Assembly (NCBI GenBank): GCA_029262855.1
Contig: JAJCYP010000076.1
Span: 4,784-68,783, forward strand
Length of the DNA stretch: 64,000 nucleotides
Direction of reading: 5' to 3'
Source of the DNA: Bacteroidota bacterium
GTDB taxonomy: Bacteria > Bacteroidota > Rhodothermia > Rhodothermales > UBA10348
Positions 18,785 to 29,110 of the stretch are shown here, piece by piece. The stretch's first letter is position 1, and the number at the start of each line of letters is the position of its first letter. The notes beneath the pieces were generated by a model, which was not told the origin of the DNA, did no database searches, and was given only the letters and a program-made list of their open reading frames with translations. The translations under genes and the position numbers were made by a program.

Positions 18785-19164
18785 TTATCGTTGAATGACA
18801 ATTTGATGGTTCGGGTCAGTCCAGTTTCGAACAGTCCGATCAGCCCTGACGAAAAGGCATTGTCCGGACACACCGAGTAGTAGATGGTCTGCCCATCGCG
18901 TTCAGACCGGACGAGGGCGTTCTCACGAAGGATCTTCAGGTGCCGAGAAATGGCCGGCTGAGAGATACCGAATATGTCGGCCAAGTCGCACACGCACAGC
19001 TGGCCCGCTCGCCAGAGGGCGTAGAGAATCCGCATCCGCGTCTGGTTTCCGGCCGCCGCCATGTAGCTGGACAGTGCCACGAGTTGGTCGTTCGCGGCGG
19101 TCTCGTGCTGGAGTTCTTCCAGAAGGTCTTTCCGTTCGTGAAGGCGAATGCAGGACGATGACAT
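18781..19164 (-). CDS. ArsR/SmtB-family regulator, the likely Hg-responsive regulator of the mer cassette
   Basis: MSSSCIRLHE...QLCVCDLADIFGISQPAISRHL has the CVC metal site and HTH. Divergent from merA. Confidence 0.7.
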   Translation of the reverse strand: MSSSCIRLHERKDLLEELQHETAANDQLVALSSYMAAAGNQTRMRILYALWRAGQLCVCDLADIFGISQPAISRHLKILRENALVRSERDGQTIYYSVCPDNAFSSGLIGLFETGLTRTIKLSFNDK

Positions 19165-19285
19165 GGCGACTGGGGCCTGAGTAGTGAGCAATAACTGTTG
19201 GGTTATGTTCGAAACTATCTCTGGTTTCGGCTCGTTGGTATCGAACTATAACGAATTTGTTACATAACCAAATAGCGAATGTTCC
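19165..19285. promoter_or_regulatory. divergent mer promoter/operator region with inverted repeats
   Basis: GGTTATGT (19201-19208) pairs with ACATAACC (19262-19269). There are TTCGAA-containing boxes at about 19208 and 19242. Confidence 0.35.
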
Positions 19286-20722
19286 ATGTCGGATTGCTGC
19301 AGCATTGAAAATGACCCCGCTGAGATGGCAGACCTCTTGATCATTGGTGGCGGCTCGGCGGCGTTCGCCGCCGCGATTGAGACCAGCACACTTGCAGGCA
19401 CGGCCGTGATCTTCAACGAAGGACTACCTGTCGGTGGAACGTGCGTCAATGTCGGCTGCGTCCCCAGTAAGGCCATGATCCGGGCGGCCGAAGCGGTCCA
19501 CCGCGCGAACGTCCAGCGGTTCGAGGGCGTGGCAACGAGCGCCCGGGTGTCCGACTTCTCGGCGGTAACGCGTCATACCACCGCGCTCGTTGAGGAGCTG
19601 CGCGACCAGAAGTACCTGAACATCATCGGGGGCGATGAGAATATCCGGCTGGTCGAGGCGCGCGCTCGTCTCATCGAACCGGGAGTGGTCGAAGCTGACG
19701 GGGCTCGCTACCGGGGGCGAAATGTGCTGATTGCTACCGGGGCGCGGCCGGCACTTCCCGCGATCCCTGGACTGGACACGGTTCCTGTCTTGACCAACGA
19801 AGACCTCTACCAGTTGGAGGTTCTCCCCGAGCACCTCATTGTCATCGGCGGCCGCTACATCGCCCTGGAAAACGCCCAGATGATGGCACGCCTCGGGAGC
19901 CGGGTCACCGTTCTTCAGCGGTCCGCGCGGATCCTCCCCACCGAGGCTCCAGAGATAACGGACGCCCTGACCGACCTTCTACGGGCCGAGGGTATCGAGG
20001 TGCTGACCGGCACCGCCATACAGTCCGTGGCGCCGGGCCCGGCCGGTGTGTCCGTCCAGGTTCTGGTTGATGGTGAGCCAACCCAGATCCAAGGCACACA
20101 CCTGTTCATGGCAACCGGCCGTCACGGCAACACGGAGGATCTCGGACTCGAGACGCTGGGAATCGCCACCGATGGAAGCGGCTACCTGAACACGGGCCCC
20201 GATCTTAGGACCTCGGTTCCGACCGTGCTGGGCGCCGGCGATGTGCTGGGCGACAACCAGTTCGTGTACACGGCGGCCTACGAAGGGAAGCTGGCCGCGC
20301 AGAACGCCTTCCGCGGGGGCAGCGCCCGTGCGGACTATTCCGTGCTTCCTTGGGTGGTGTTCACAGACCCTCAGGTGGCTGGCGTTGGCCTGGACGAGCA
20401 GCAGGCAGCGGCGGCCGGCATCGCGGTCGATGTATCCACGATTGGGCTGGATATGGTGCCTCGGGCCATCGCCGCTCGGGACACCCGTGGGTTCATCACG
20501 CTGATCCGGAATCGTTCGACCGACGTGCTCGTTGGCGCCCGCATTCTCGCGCCCGAGGGCTCGGAGCTGCTCATGGAGGTCGCACTGGCCATTCGGCACC
20601 GCGTCACCGTCGACAGCCTGAAGTCCATGTTCCACCCCTACCTCACCATGTCGGAAGGCATCAAACTGGCGGCGATTTCCTTCGACAAGAGTGTGGGCAA
20701 ACTCAGCTGCTGCGCGGCGTGA
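19286..20722 (+). CDS. merA: mercuric reductase MerA (core only, no N-terminal HMA domain)
   Basis: FAD site GGGSAAF, redox-active GGTCVNVGCVPSK, C-terminal vicinal Cys ...LSCCAA. Confidence 0.9.
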   Translation: MSDCCSIENDPAEMADLLIIGGGSAAFAAAIETSTLAGTAVIFNEGLPVGGTCVNVGCVPSKAMIRAAEAVHRANVQRFEGVATSARVSDFSAVTRHTTALVEELRDQKYLNIIGGDENIRLVEARARLIEPGVVEADGARYRGRNVLIATGARPALPAIPGLDTVPVLTNEDLYQLEVLPEHLIVIGGRYIALENAQMMARLGSRVTVLQRSARILPTEAPEITDALTDLLRAEGIEVLTGTAIQSVAPGPAGVSVQVLVDGEPTQIQGTHLFMATGRHGNTEDLGLETLGIATDGSGYLNTGPDLRTSVPTVLGAGDVLGDNQFVYTAAYEGKLAAQNAFRGGSARADYSVLPWVVFTDPQVAGVGLDEQQAAAAGIAVDVSTIGLDMVPRAIAARDTRGFITLIRNRSTDVLVGARILAPEGSELLMEVALAIRHRVTVDSLKSMFHPYLTMSEGIKLAAISFDKSVGKLSCCAA

Positions 20723-20724
20723 CG

Positions 20725-21081
20725 ATGAGGAAATTGCCGAGCATGCTGTTCTTCCTGGGCCTCGTGCTCTTTGCCAGCTGGTGTTGCAAGGCTCCGGAAC
20801 CTGCCGAGGCGGTTCCGGGCGCCACCGCTCAAAGCTATGAAGGCTCAGGAAGGGTGCTGTCTCTCTCTCCGCGATCCGTCCACCTCCAGCATGGGCCCAT
20901 TGGCGACCTGATGGGCGCGATGGAAATGACCTTTCTCCTCCGCGATACTCTCGACTCGGCTGCGGTCGCCGTTGGGGACTCGGTGAGATTCCGTCTGGTC
21001 CAGACCTCGAGCGGAGGGTTGCAGGTTGTCCGCATGGAGCAGGTTCGACAGGAGCAGTCAGATTTGAGAAAGGTCGTGTAA
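20725..21081 (+). CDS. CusF-like periplasmic metallochaperone (signal peptide; H...M.M site)
   Basis: The internal Met of the ORF-track ORF gives MRKLPSMLFFLGLVLFASWC. HLQHGPIGDLMGAMEMTF resembles the CusF His/Met site. Confidence 0.5.
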   Translation: MRKLPSMLFFLGLVLFASWCCKAPEPAEAVPGATAQSYEGSGRVLSLSPRSVHLQHGPIGDLMGAMEMTFLLRDTLDSAAVAVGDSVRFRLVQTSSGGLQVVRMEQVRQEQSDLRKVV

Positions 21082-21085
21082 CATT

Positions 21086-21101
21086 ATGGTTATATAACCA
21101 T
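21086..21101. promoter_or_regulatory. perfect 16-bp palindrome ATGGTTATATAACCAT upstream of the DUF302 gene
   Basis: Read directly. It shares the GGTTAT/ATAACC half-sites with the mer intergenic repeats. Confidence 0.4.
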
Positions 21102-21144
21102 CGGATCATATGTTACTACTCAACAACCTAATACCTCAATTGCC

Positions 21145-21612
21145 ATGCGTGTACTGTTCGCGTCTCTCTTCGCCCTCCTCCTCATTGGACAGGCTGAGCC
21201 CGCCGCTGCCCAGATGTCGGCACCTGACTACCTCATCACCAGCCCGTCGGGCTATGACTTTGCCGATACGGTCGACATGCTGAAGGGCTCCATTGAGGAG
21301 CACAACCTGATGGTGATCCAGGAGGTCGATGCCCAGCGCATGCTCCGGATGGTCGGCCGCACGGTGGGGGGGATGAAGCAGGTCCTCTTCTTTCACCCGC
21401 GGTACATGGCCCAAATTCTCGACGCGGATCCATCGGGCGCCATCGTTCCCCCGCTCAAGATCGCTGTGATGGAGCGTCCGGATGGCAAAGTGATGGTGCG
21501 CTACCCACGGCCTTCCAGCCTGTTCGCCGCGCACGAAGCACTTGCTGAGCTAGGAGAGGAGCTGGATGCCCTCGTTGCGGAAATCGTCGCGTCTCTGGCA
21601 CCGTCCAATTAG
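21145..21612 (+). CDS. DUF302-domain exported protein
   Basis: Signal peptide plus the conserved DUF302 core. This family is common in mer/ars neighbourhoods. Confidence 0.55.
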   Translation: MRVLFASLFALLLIGQAEPAAAQMSAPDYLITSPSGYDFADTVDMLKGSIEEHNLMVIQEVDAQRMLRMVGRTVGGMKQVLFFHPRYMAQILDADPSGAIVPPLKIAVMERPDGKVMVRYPRPSSLFAAHEALAELGEELDALVAEIVASLAPSN

Positions 21613-21616
21613 AACG

Positions 21617-22330
21617 ATGAAAAACATGCGCCGGCCTGCCGCGGTCCTGGCGGCTCTTTTCCTGGGAGGAGCCGTACCCATCCAACTCGTCACGCTGTCA
21701 TTTACGTACTCTCAGATAGTCAAGGGTGAGTCGTTGGGGCCAAAGGTGATCCGAACGGCCCACGAGTTTGGCCTTCCCTATTTCCTTGTCGCGCTTGTCC
21801 CAGCTCTCATCCTACTCGCCTTCCTTACGGTTTGGGCCAGGCGGGAGTACCCTGACCTCGCGCGACGCATCTTGATTGGCCTCGCGGCCGGCGCGGTGGC
21901 CACGGTGGCCCTTGACTTCTTTCGGCAGGCTGGGGTGTTGCACAGCTGGCTCCCGGGGGACACCCCGGTCATGTTCGGAAAGATGGTCACGGGTTCAAAT
22001 AACTTCTGGACCCTTTACCCGGTCGGCCTGCTGGTCCACTTTCTGAATGGCACCAGCTTTGGGCTGGTATTCGCCTTCGTTTGGGGCCGCCGCAGGACGC
22101 GGCTCAGGACGGTCGGATGGGCGGTGGCCTGGGCCGTGCTCGTCGATATCGGCATGATGACACTGCCGCCGATGGGTCCGATGGTCGGCCCCTTTGGGGT
22201 TCGCTTTGCCTGGCCCGAGTTGTTCTTGCTCACCTTGGCCGCCCACGTCGCCTTTGGAGTAGTACTGGGGCTGCTGGTCTACCAGTGGCTCCCGGAGCAG
22301 GACACAGGCATGATCACAATCACGGAATAG
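21617..22330 (+). CDS. hypothetical polytopic membrane protein
   Basis: MKNMRRPAAVLAALFLGG followed by about 6 hydrophobic helices. No recognisable family. Confidence 0.4.
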   Translation: MKNMRRPAAVLAALFLGGAVPIQLVTLSFTYSQIVKGESLGPKVIRTAHEFGLPYFLVALVPALILLAFLTVWARREYPDLARRILIGLAAGAVATVALDFFRQAGVLHSWLPGDTPVMFGKMVTGSNNFWTLYPVGLLVHFLNGTSFGLVFAFVWGRRRTRLRTVGWAVAWAVLVDIGMMTLPPMGPMVGPFGVRFAWPELFLLTLAAHVAFGVVLGLLVYQWLPEQDTGMITITE

Positions 22331-22437
22331 ACGACCCTCGGGCCGCGTTCCGACTACCGGTTTCGGTTCGTCCCGTCCGGAACTGGCCTGGTCAATTGCG
22401 GTACGGTCCCTGGAAACAGTGAGCTACCCCGCCCTCC

Positions 22438-22902
22438 ATGAGACATCAGCAGGCAGAGCGAGTGATCCGACTGATGTTGGTCGTGCTGCTGGTTTTTACA
22501 GCGGGATGGCCCATTCTCGCGTTTGCTTGCGCCGGCTCGGATTCGCCGATGGAAATGACCCCCACGGGCGAAGTGGCTGATCGCATTCCTGTACCGGTAC
22601 TCCGCCCACCCTGCGTGGACATGGCTTGCTGTGACGGGCACCGCCAGACGAACCAGTCCCCGGGCGTAGCATCTCCCGGCTGTGCGGACTGCCTATCGCA
22701 GCCTGAATTGGGCCCGAGTATGAGTCTGGCGTGCCAGAAGGAGTGCGTGCCCGAGGCTCGAGTTTCCTGGGCACCTCGCCACTCCTTGGTGCCGAGACTG
22801 ACCGAGAGATCGGCAGCAGCCGTTCGCGTTCAGTGGTCTCCGCGTGTGATAGTCGCCGCCCCCCAATCGCGGCAAGTCTTGTACGCCTCGTTCCTTATCT
22901 GA
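22438..22902 (+). CDS. hypothetical Cys-rich exported protein upstream of efflux system 1
   Basis: Signal-like N-terminus followed by 10 Cys. Coding status is uncertain. Confidence 0.3.
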   Translation: MRHQQAERVIRLMLVVLLVFTAGWPILAFACAGSDSPMEMTPTGEVADRIPVPVLRPPCVDMACCDGHRQTNQSPGVASPGCADCLSQPELGPSMSLACQKECVPEARVSWAPRHSLVPRLTERSAAAVRVQWSPRVIVAAPQSRQVLYASFLI

Positions 22903-23087
22903 CATCTCGTGCGGCCGTTCTTCCGCCGCTCAGCACGTTTCGCTGTGCCGCGGTAGATCACATCTGATCGCCGTAGGCGCCCCGCTGTAGACACGCTACC
23001 GGGCCAATCTCCGCCGCGCCCCCGCGCGGATCCCTATCTGCAGGGCTCTCCCAAGCAAAGGGACAGCATCTCCCTTTCCATAGTGGC

Positions 23088-24383
23088 ATGCCATCATTCC
23101 GCCTATTCGTTCTCGCGCTGGCTATTCTTGTCACCGGCCTGTCCAGCAAGGCATTGGCTCAGAATTCCCCGCCTGCCCCGGCGTCAAGGGAGCCGGTCAT
23201 CCACCTTGATGAGCTCATCCTAGAAGCGCTCGAGCGCAATCCGAGACTGCGCGCAACCCGTCTCGACGCAATCGCTCGCAGGGCGAGGGTCCTTGGCGCA
23301 GGAACACTACCTGACCCACTGTTTGAGGTTACCTATCAACCAGCGCCCGTGCTAACCGCGCGCGGAGCACAGCGGAGTCAGTGGCGCATCCAGCAGGTCA
23401 TTCCCTACCCGAAAAAGCGCAGCCTTCGCGCCGATATTGCCGGCGTTGAGGCCGACGTCGGTGAATCCCGGGCCGGGGTTTTGGCGGCAGATGTTGTGCT
23501 TCAAATACATGAGGTCTATTACGAACTCTACCGCAGCCAGCAGCGGGCGGCGCTCCTGAAGGAGTTCCAGACAGATCTCCGGCAGTTCGAGGATGTCACG
23601 GTGACCAGGTACGCGGTTGGGAGGGAGGCCCAGCCGAGTATCCTCAAGGTGCAGCTGGAACGGAACGCCATCAATCTTCGGTTGGAGCTTCTCGGTGAAC
23701 AGCGGCGGTCGACCGTCGCTCGGTTGGCAGCACTTCTCGACAGGCCCGACATGGGTGACCTGGGGGGCCGTATCGAGCTGCCGGAGGCACATCTACTGGA
23801 AGGGACGCTTCAAGCCGCCCTTGACCTGCTTCCGGAGGCGCACGAAGCGCGGCTTGAGACCCGTCTCCAAGACCTCAGGGTCTCTCTGGCCGAGCGCGAC
23901 TTCAGGCCCGACTTCTCGCTTGGCCTTACTTATTACGACATCGGATCGAGAGGCGTGACCGCCACCATGACTGGTCAGGATGCGGTAGCGATTACGGCTG
24001 GTATCCGAATCCCGATGTGGCGAGATCGCTTGAGAAGCAACCTGGATGCGGCTCGGGCTGCCCGCGGCGCGGTCGACGCGCACTACGAGGCGCTGATCCT
24101 GGACGTCCAGACTCAGACAACGAGTCTCAGAGAGAATGGAGCTCGCCAGAGACGGCAGCTTGAACTCATCGATGGCGTGCTCCTCCCCCAAGCCGAGGCA
24201 GCGGTCGAATCGTCCCTAACCCTCTACGCGACCGGCGAGGTAGGCTTTCTGGACGTGATCGATTCACAAAGAACACTCCTCGAACTGCGCCTCAGCCGCA
24301 TCGAGACCTTGGTCCGCTGTCTCAACACCGCGGCAGCCTTCGAACGAGCCATGGGCCGCTTTCCAACCCATGAAACCAATTAG
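23088..24383 (+). CDS. outer membrane efflux factor (TolC/CzcC family), heavy-metal RND system 1
   Basis: Signal peptide, LEEALERNPRL start, two OEP repeats. Confidence 0.8.
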   Translation: MPSFRLFVLALAILVTGLSSKALAQNSPPAPASREPVIHLDELILEALERNPRLRATRLDAIARRARVLGAGTLPDPLFEVTYQPAPVLTARGAQRSQWRIQQVIPYPKKRSLRADIAGVEADVGESRAGVLAADVVLQIHEVYYELYRSQQRAALLKEFQTDLRQFEDVTVTRYAVGREAQPSILKVQLERNAINLRLELLGEQRRSTVARLAALLDRPDMGDLGGRIELPEAHLLEGTLQAALDLLPEAHEARLETRLQDLRVSLAERDFRPDFSLGLTYYDIGSRGVTATMTGQDAVAITAGIRIPMWRDRLRSNLDAARAARGAVDAHYEALILDVQTQTTSLRENGARQRRQLELIDGVLLPQAEAAVESSLTLYATGEVGFLDVIDSQRTLLELRLSRIETLVRCLNTAAAFERAMGRFPTHETN

Positions 24384-25794
24384 CAAGCCAGCACCCGTCA
24401 ACGCCATGCTACACCAAGACCCCAAGCGGCGGCCCGTCAGGTCTCGCCGCTGGCCCGCTCTCGCGCTGCTCGCCACCGGGCTAATCATTGCCTTCTATTT
24501 GGGGCGATCAACTGCTCCGGCCCCCGAGCTCGGGGATGATCTCTCCGCCTCGGACGAGCTCGCCACTGGCGATGTGCTGTACTGGAGGGCGCCCATGGAC
24601 GCCAATGAAATTTATGACAGCCCTGGCAAGTCAAAGATGGGAATGGATCTCATTCCCGTATACGGTGAAGAGGCCCAGGAGGCCGCATCCGGGACAGTAA
24701 GGATCGACCCCGTGGCGCTGCAAAATATCGGCGTCCGCACGGTCCCCGTTGTGGTCGAGTCACTACCACGTGAGATTCGCACCACCGGCCGCTTCGTCAT
24801 GGACGAGCAGGGTGAGCGCATCGTCACGATGAAGGTGGGCGGATGGATCGAAAAGCTATACGCTGACTTCGATGGGATGCGCATCGGTGCGGGAGATCCG
24901 CTTCTGGAGCTCTTTAGTCCCGAACTCGTCTCGACGCAGGAGGAATACCTTCTTGCCTTTCGCAACATGGTGCGACTCGAAGGAACGGAGGCTGCCGAAG
25001 ATGGGCAGCGTTTGCTGGATGCTGCTCGCCGTCGTCTGGCCTACTGGGATATCTCCGAAGGCCAGATAAGCAAGCTCCAGGAGACGGGAGAGCCGCAACG
25101 CACCGTCCTTTTTCGTTCGCCGTGGTCGGGGGAGATCATGCGCAAGCAGGTCGCCGAGGGTGAGCATGTCGAGGCCGGCCAGACACTCATGGATATCGTG
25201 GATATTTCCAGGAACTGGCTCATTGTGGATGTCTACGAACGCGACCTCCCGTGGGTACGAACAGGCATGCCCGCGCGGATCGAGCTTCCGTACGATCCGG
25301 GCACGATCTACGGCGGCCGCGTCGAGTATCTCTATCACATGTTGGACGCGACGACACGGTCAGCGAAGGCGCGGATCCTGATGCCCGGCGGCCACCTGGC
25401 GCCGATAAAGCCTGGGATGTATGCCACGGTGTACCTGACGAGCTCCGCTGCGGCCCCGGCGCCCATTGTCCCCGAGGAGGCGTTGATCAGAACCGGAGAG
25501 GAGGAGTGGGTGATTCTGGCCCTCGGAGGCGGCAGGTTTCGGCCGGTTAGGGTCCAGGCCGGCCTGGCATCCAATGACCGTGTTCAGATCCTCGATGGTC
25601 TGCAAGGAGGCGAGCAGGTTGTAGCGGGTGCCCAATTCCTTATCGATTCGGAGGCCCGCCTCCGTGGCGCACTCGGATCGATGGTGGCCACCGACACCCC
25701 GCAGCAAACCGACTCCGGGGAGGCCATGAATATGGAGATGGGCACTGACCCGACTTCCCAAACGGGCGCGGATTCGATGAGGTCGCAGCGATGA
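24370..25794 (+). CDS. RND periplasmic adaptor (CusB/CzcB family), system 1
   Basis: CusB-like N-terminal YWRAPMD....MGMDLIPVY Met motif. Beta-barrel and lipoyl-like domains. Confidence 0.8.
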   Translation: MKPISKPAPVNAMLHQDPKRRPVRSRRWPALALLATGLIIAFYLGRSTAPAPELGDDLSASDELATGDVLYWRAPMDANEIYDSPGKSKMGMDLIPVYGEEAQEAASGTVRIDPVALQNIGVRTVPVVVESLPREIRTTGRFVMDEQGERIVTMKVGGWIEKLYADFDGMRIGAGDPLLELFSPELVSTQEEYLLAFRNMVRLEGTEAAEDGQRLLDAARRRLAYWDISEGQISKLQETGEPQRTVLFRSPWSGEIMRKQVAEGEHVEAGQTLMDIVDISRNWLIVDVYERDLPWVRTGMPARIELPYDPGTIYGGRVEYLYHMLDATTRSAKARILMPGGHLAPIKPGMYATVYLTSSAAAPAPIVPEEALIRTGEEEWVILALGGGRFRPVRVQAGLASNDRVQILDGLQGGEQVVAGAQFLIDSEARLRGALGSMVATDTPQQTDSGEAMNMEMGTDPTSQTGADSMRSQR

Positions 25795-28700
25795 GCCTAC
25801 TTGAGACCATTATCGAAAAGAGCGCCACCAATCGAGTGCTCGTCCTGCTCGTGACCACGCTCATCGCGGGAGCCGGTGTCTGGGCCCTGGTCAATACGCC
25901 GGTAGACGCGATCCCCGATCTCTCGGACGTGCAGGTAATAATTAAGACGGAGTTCGCTGGCCAAGGGCCGCAAATCGTAGAAGAGCAGGTCACCTATCCC
26001 ATCGCGACGGCCATGATGGCCGTTCCCAGGGCGAAGACGGTTCGCGGATATTCGATGTTCGGCACCTCCTTTCTCTATGTGATCTTCGAGGACGGCACCG
26101 ACATGTATTGGGCTCGAAGCCGGGTGCTTGAGTACCTCAACCAGGTAGCCGGGAGTCTGCCCCCAGGAGCCGAACCCGCAATCGGGCCCGATGCAACGGG
26201 CGTCGGATGGGTATTTCAGTATAGCCTTGTCGATACGACGGGCGCGCACGACCTGGCGCAGCTTCGGGCCATCCAGGATTTCTTCCTGAAGTATGAGTTG
26301 CAGGCCATCGATGGCGTCGCCGAGATCGCCACCGTGGGCGGATTCCAGAAGGAGTACCAGGTCGTCGTCGATCCGCAGAAACTCGACGCGTACAGCATCC
26401 CCATTTCCGCTGTCCGCGACCAGCTGGCCCAAAGCAACCGGGACATAGGCGGGCGAATCCTGGAACTCGGGGAGAGGGAGTTCATCGTGCGTGGAAAGGG
26501 ATATCTGCGCACTCTTGATGACATCCGAAGCGTGCCCCTCACATCGGTAAACGGCACCACCGTCACAGTGGGGGACGTAGCGCGGGTTCAGCTCGGACCG
26601 CAAATCAGACGCGGCATCGCGGAGAAGAACGGTGAGGGCGAAGTCGTTGGTGGAATCGTGGTGATGCGTTTCGGCGAGAACGCCCTGGAGGTCATCGAAA
26701 ACGTCAAGGCCCGGCTCGATGAATTGGCCCCAGGCCTTCCCGCTGGAGTTCATGTGGTGACCGAGTACGACAGGTCCCGCTTGATCCTGCGGGCCGTGGA
26801 TACGCTTCGCCGCAGCATCCTCGAAGAGATGATAGTTGTGGCCATCGTGGTCCTGCTATTTCTGCTCCACTTCCGAAGTGCGCTCGTCGCCATCGTCTCC
26901 GTCCCAATCGGCATCCTGATCTCGCTCCTCGTGATGCATTTGCTTGGAGTCAACGCCAACATCATGTCTCTGGGTGGGATCGCCATCGCGATAGGGGTCA
27001 TGGTCGACGCATCGCTTGTCATGGTCGAGAACGCCCACAAGCACATCGAGCGAAAGCGTGCTTTTCTCGGTCGCGATTTGGAGGGGATTGAGCGCATGCG
27101 GGCCGTCACTGATGCCGCCAAAGAGGTCGGCCCCAGCCTCTTCTTTTCGCTTCTGGTGGTAACCATCTCCTTTCTCCCGGTCTTTGCGCTTGAGCAGGTC
27201 GAAGGGCGCCTATTTCGCCCCCTCGCGCTCACCAAGACGTTCTCCATGGCGGCGGCGGCCCTGCTTGCGATAACCCTGGTACCAGCCCTCATGGTGATTC
27301 TGGTAAAGGGAAGGATCCGCCCGGAGGCAGCAAACCCCCTTTCCCGATTCTTCATTCGAAGCTATCGGCCGGTGATCCAGTGGACGCTACGGCATCCCGT
27401 GGCCGTCCTTGCGACTTCCGCGGTGCTGCTCATGGTCTCGCTGCTTCCCGTTCAGCAAATGCTGTTCGGCGGAACCCGCGTGCCCTTCACGCAGATGGGG
27501 TCTGAGTTCATGCCGCCCCTCGATGAGGGCGACCTGCTGTACATGCCATCGACGCTGCCTGGCGTCAGTCCGCAAAAGGCCAAGGAGATCCTCCAGCAGA
27601 CAGATCGCATCCTCGCGTCGTTCCCTGAAGTGGAAAGCGTGTTCGGAAAGATCGGTCGAGCTGACACCGCGACGGACCCGGCACCGCTGTCCATGGTGGA
27701 GACTACCGTGATCCTGAAACCCCGGTCCGCCTGGCGCACAGGGATGACCCGGGAGAACCTGGTCGCAGAGATGGACGCCTCTCTGCAGATACCCGGTCTG
27801 TCGAACGTCTGGACCATGCCAATCAAGAATAGAATTGACATGCTCGCCACGGGTATCAAGACTCCCGTCGGGATCAAGATTGCGGGACCGGACCTGAGCA
27901 TCCTCCAGGACCTGGGACACAGCATCGAGTCTGCTCTCGCCGGAGTCGAAGGGACGCGCTCGGTATTCTCGGAGCGGGTCATGGGAGGATCCTTTCTCGA
28001 TTTCGAGATCGACCGTGCAGAGGCAGCCCGCCACGGCCTCACCACGGGAGAAGTCCAGGCGGTCATCGAGAGTGCCGTTGGCGGAGTAACCGTGACAAAG
28101 ACGGTCGAGGGACTCGAACGCTACCCAGTCACAATTCGCTATCCGCGGGCGCTGCGAGACGACTTAGAGAGCCTGCGGAACGTCCTGATCCCCACGCCTT
28201 CGGGCGCTCAGGTGCCCCTCGGTCAGTTGGCGCGGCTGCAAATGTCAGACGGCCCTCCGATGATCAAGAGCGAGAATGCCCGCCCCAACGCGTGGGTCTA
28301 CATCGACCTACGAGACGGTTACGACGTCGGGACGTACGTGCCGCGAGCGAAGGAGGCTCTGGCGGGACTGGACCTTCCTCCCGGCTACTCACTTACATGG
28401 AGCGGGCAGTTTGAGTATCTGGAGCGAGCAAGCCAACGCCTCCGAACCCTCATCCCGCTCACGATAGCGATTATTTTCTTGCTGCTCTTCCTTCACTTCC
28501 AGGCGATTCCCGAGACACTCATCCTGATGGTTAGCCTGCCCCTCGCGATTGTGGGCGCCATCTGGCTGATGGTCGGACTCGGATATAATATGTCAATCGC
28601 CGCAGCCGTTGGATTCATTGCGGTGGCGGGTCTGGCAGTCGAGACTGGCGTGGTCATGCAGGTCTACCTCGACGAGGCGGTCGGCCGCTATCGGCGGGAA

Positions 28701-28988
28701 GGCCGCCTGACTTCCCCCACCGCGCTTCGGGATGCCCTGGAGGAGGGCGCGGTGGACCGGGTGAGGCCCAAGCTGATGACCGTCTTCACGACGCTAATCG
28801 CGCTCCTGCCAATCATGTTCGGGACGGGGACTGGTAGCGAGGTCATGAAGCGAATTGCGACCCCGATGGTGGGTGGCCTGGTATCCTCGACCCTCCTTAC
28901 CCTTTTGGTGATTCCCGCGGCATATGGCATCCTTCACGCCCGCCGCTTGAAATCGAACCCAGGCATCGGGCGGGACGGCACGCCGTAA
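25791..28988 (+). CDS. heavy-metal efflux RND transporter (CusA/CzcA family), system 1
   Basis: 1065 aa, 12 TM helices with two large periplasmic loops, HME-RND signature regions. Confidence 0.9.
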   Translation: MSLLETIIEKSATNRVLVLLVTTLIAGAGVWALVNTPVDAIPDLSDVQVIIKTEFAGQGPQIVEEQVTYPIATAMMAVPRAKTVRGYSMFGTSFLYVIFEDGTDMYWARSRVLEYLNQVAGSLPPGAEPAIGPDATGVGWVFQYSLVDTTGAHDLAQLRAIQDFFLKYELQAIDGVAEIATVGGFQKEYQVVVDPQKLDAYSIPISAVRDQLAQSNRDIGGRILELGEREFIVRGKGYLRTLDDIRSVPLTSVNGTTVTVGDVARVQLGPQIRRGIAEKNGEGEVVGGIVVMRFGENALEVIENVKARLDELAPGLPAGVHVVTEYDRSRLILRAVDTLRRSILEEMIVVAIVVLLFLLHFRSALVAIVSVPIGILISLLVMHLLGVNANIMSLGGIAIAIGVMVDASLVMVENAHKHIERKRAFLGRDLEGIERMRAVTDAAKEVGPSLFFSLLVVTISFLPVFALEQVEGRLFRPLALTKTFSMAAAALLAITLVPALMVILVKGRIRPEAANPLSRFFIRSYRPVIQWTLRHPVAVLATSAVLLMVSLLPVQQMLFGGTRVPFTQMGSEFMPPLDEGDLLYMPSTLPGVSPQKAKEILQQTDRILASFPEVESVFGKIGRADTATDPAPLSMVETTVILKPRSAWRTGMTRENLVAEMDASLQIPGLSNVWTMPIKNRIDMLATGIKTPVGIKIAGPDLSILQDLGHSIESALAGVEGTRSVFSERVMGGSFLDFEIDRAEAARHGLTTGEVQAVIESAVGGVTVTKTVEGLERYPVTIRYPRALRDDLESLRNVLIPTPSGAQVPLGQLARLQMSDGPPMIKSENARPNAWVYIDLRDGYDVGTYVPRAKEALAGLDLPPGYSLTWSGQFEYLERASQRLRTLIPLTIAIIFLLLFLHFQAIPETLILMVSLPLAIVGAIWLMVGLGYNMSIAAAVGFIAVAGLAVETGVVMQVYLDEAVGRYRREGRLTSPTALRDALEEGAVDRVRPKLMTVFTTLIALLPIMFGTGTGSEVMKRIATPMVGGLVSSTLLTLLVIPAAYGILHARRLKSNPGIGRDGTP

Positions 28989-29110
28989 TCGCGTCGTCGA
29001 CTCAAGGGCGGTAGCCGTTGGAAGCTTAGTACTATACGTCAAGTGGCCGGTCGAATACGCCAGGTCAGCCGGCCCGAAACCGAACCACCACGGTGTCGTA
29101 GGCCTTCGCG

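Noticed and set aside
19979-21109. 376-aa minus-strand ORF antisense to merA and the CusF-like gene
   Set aside because: Its composition is Arg/Pro/Gly-rich without motifs. The sense-strand MerA signatures are unambiguous.
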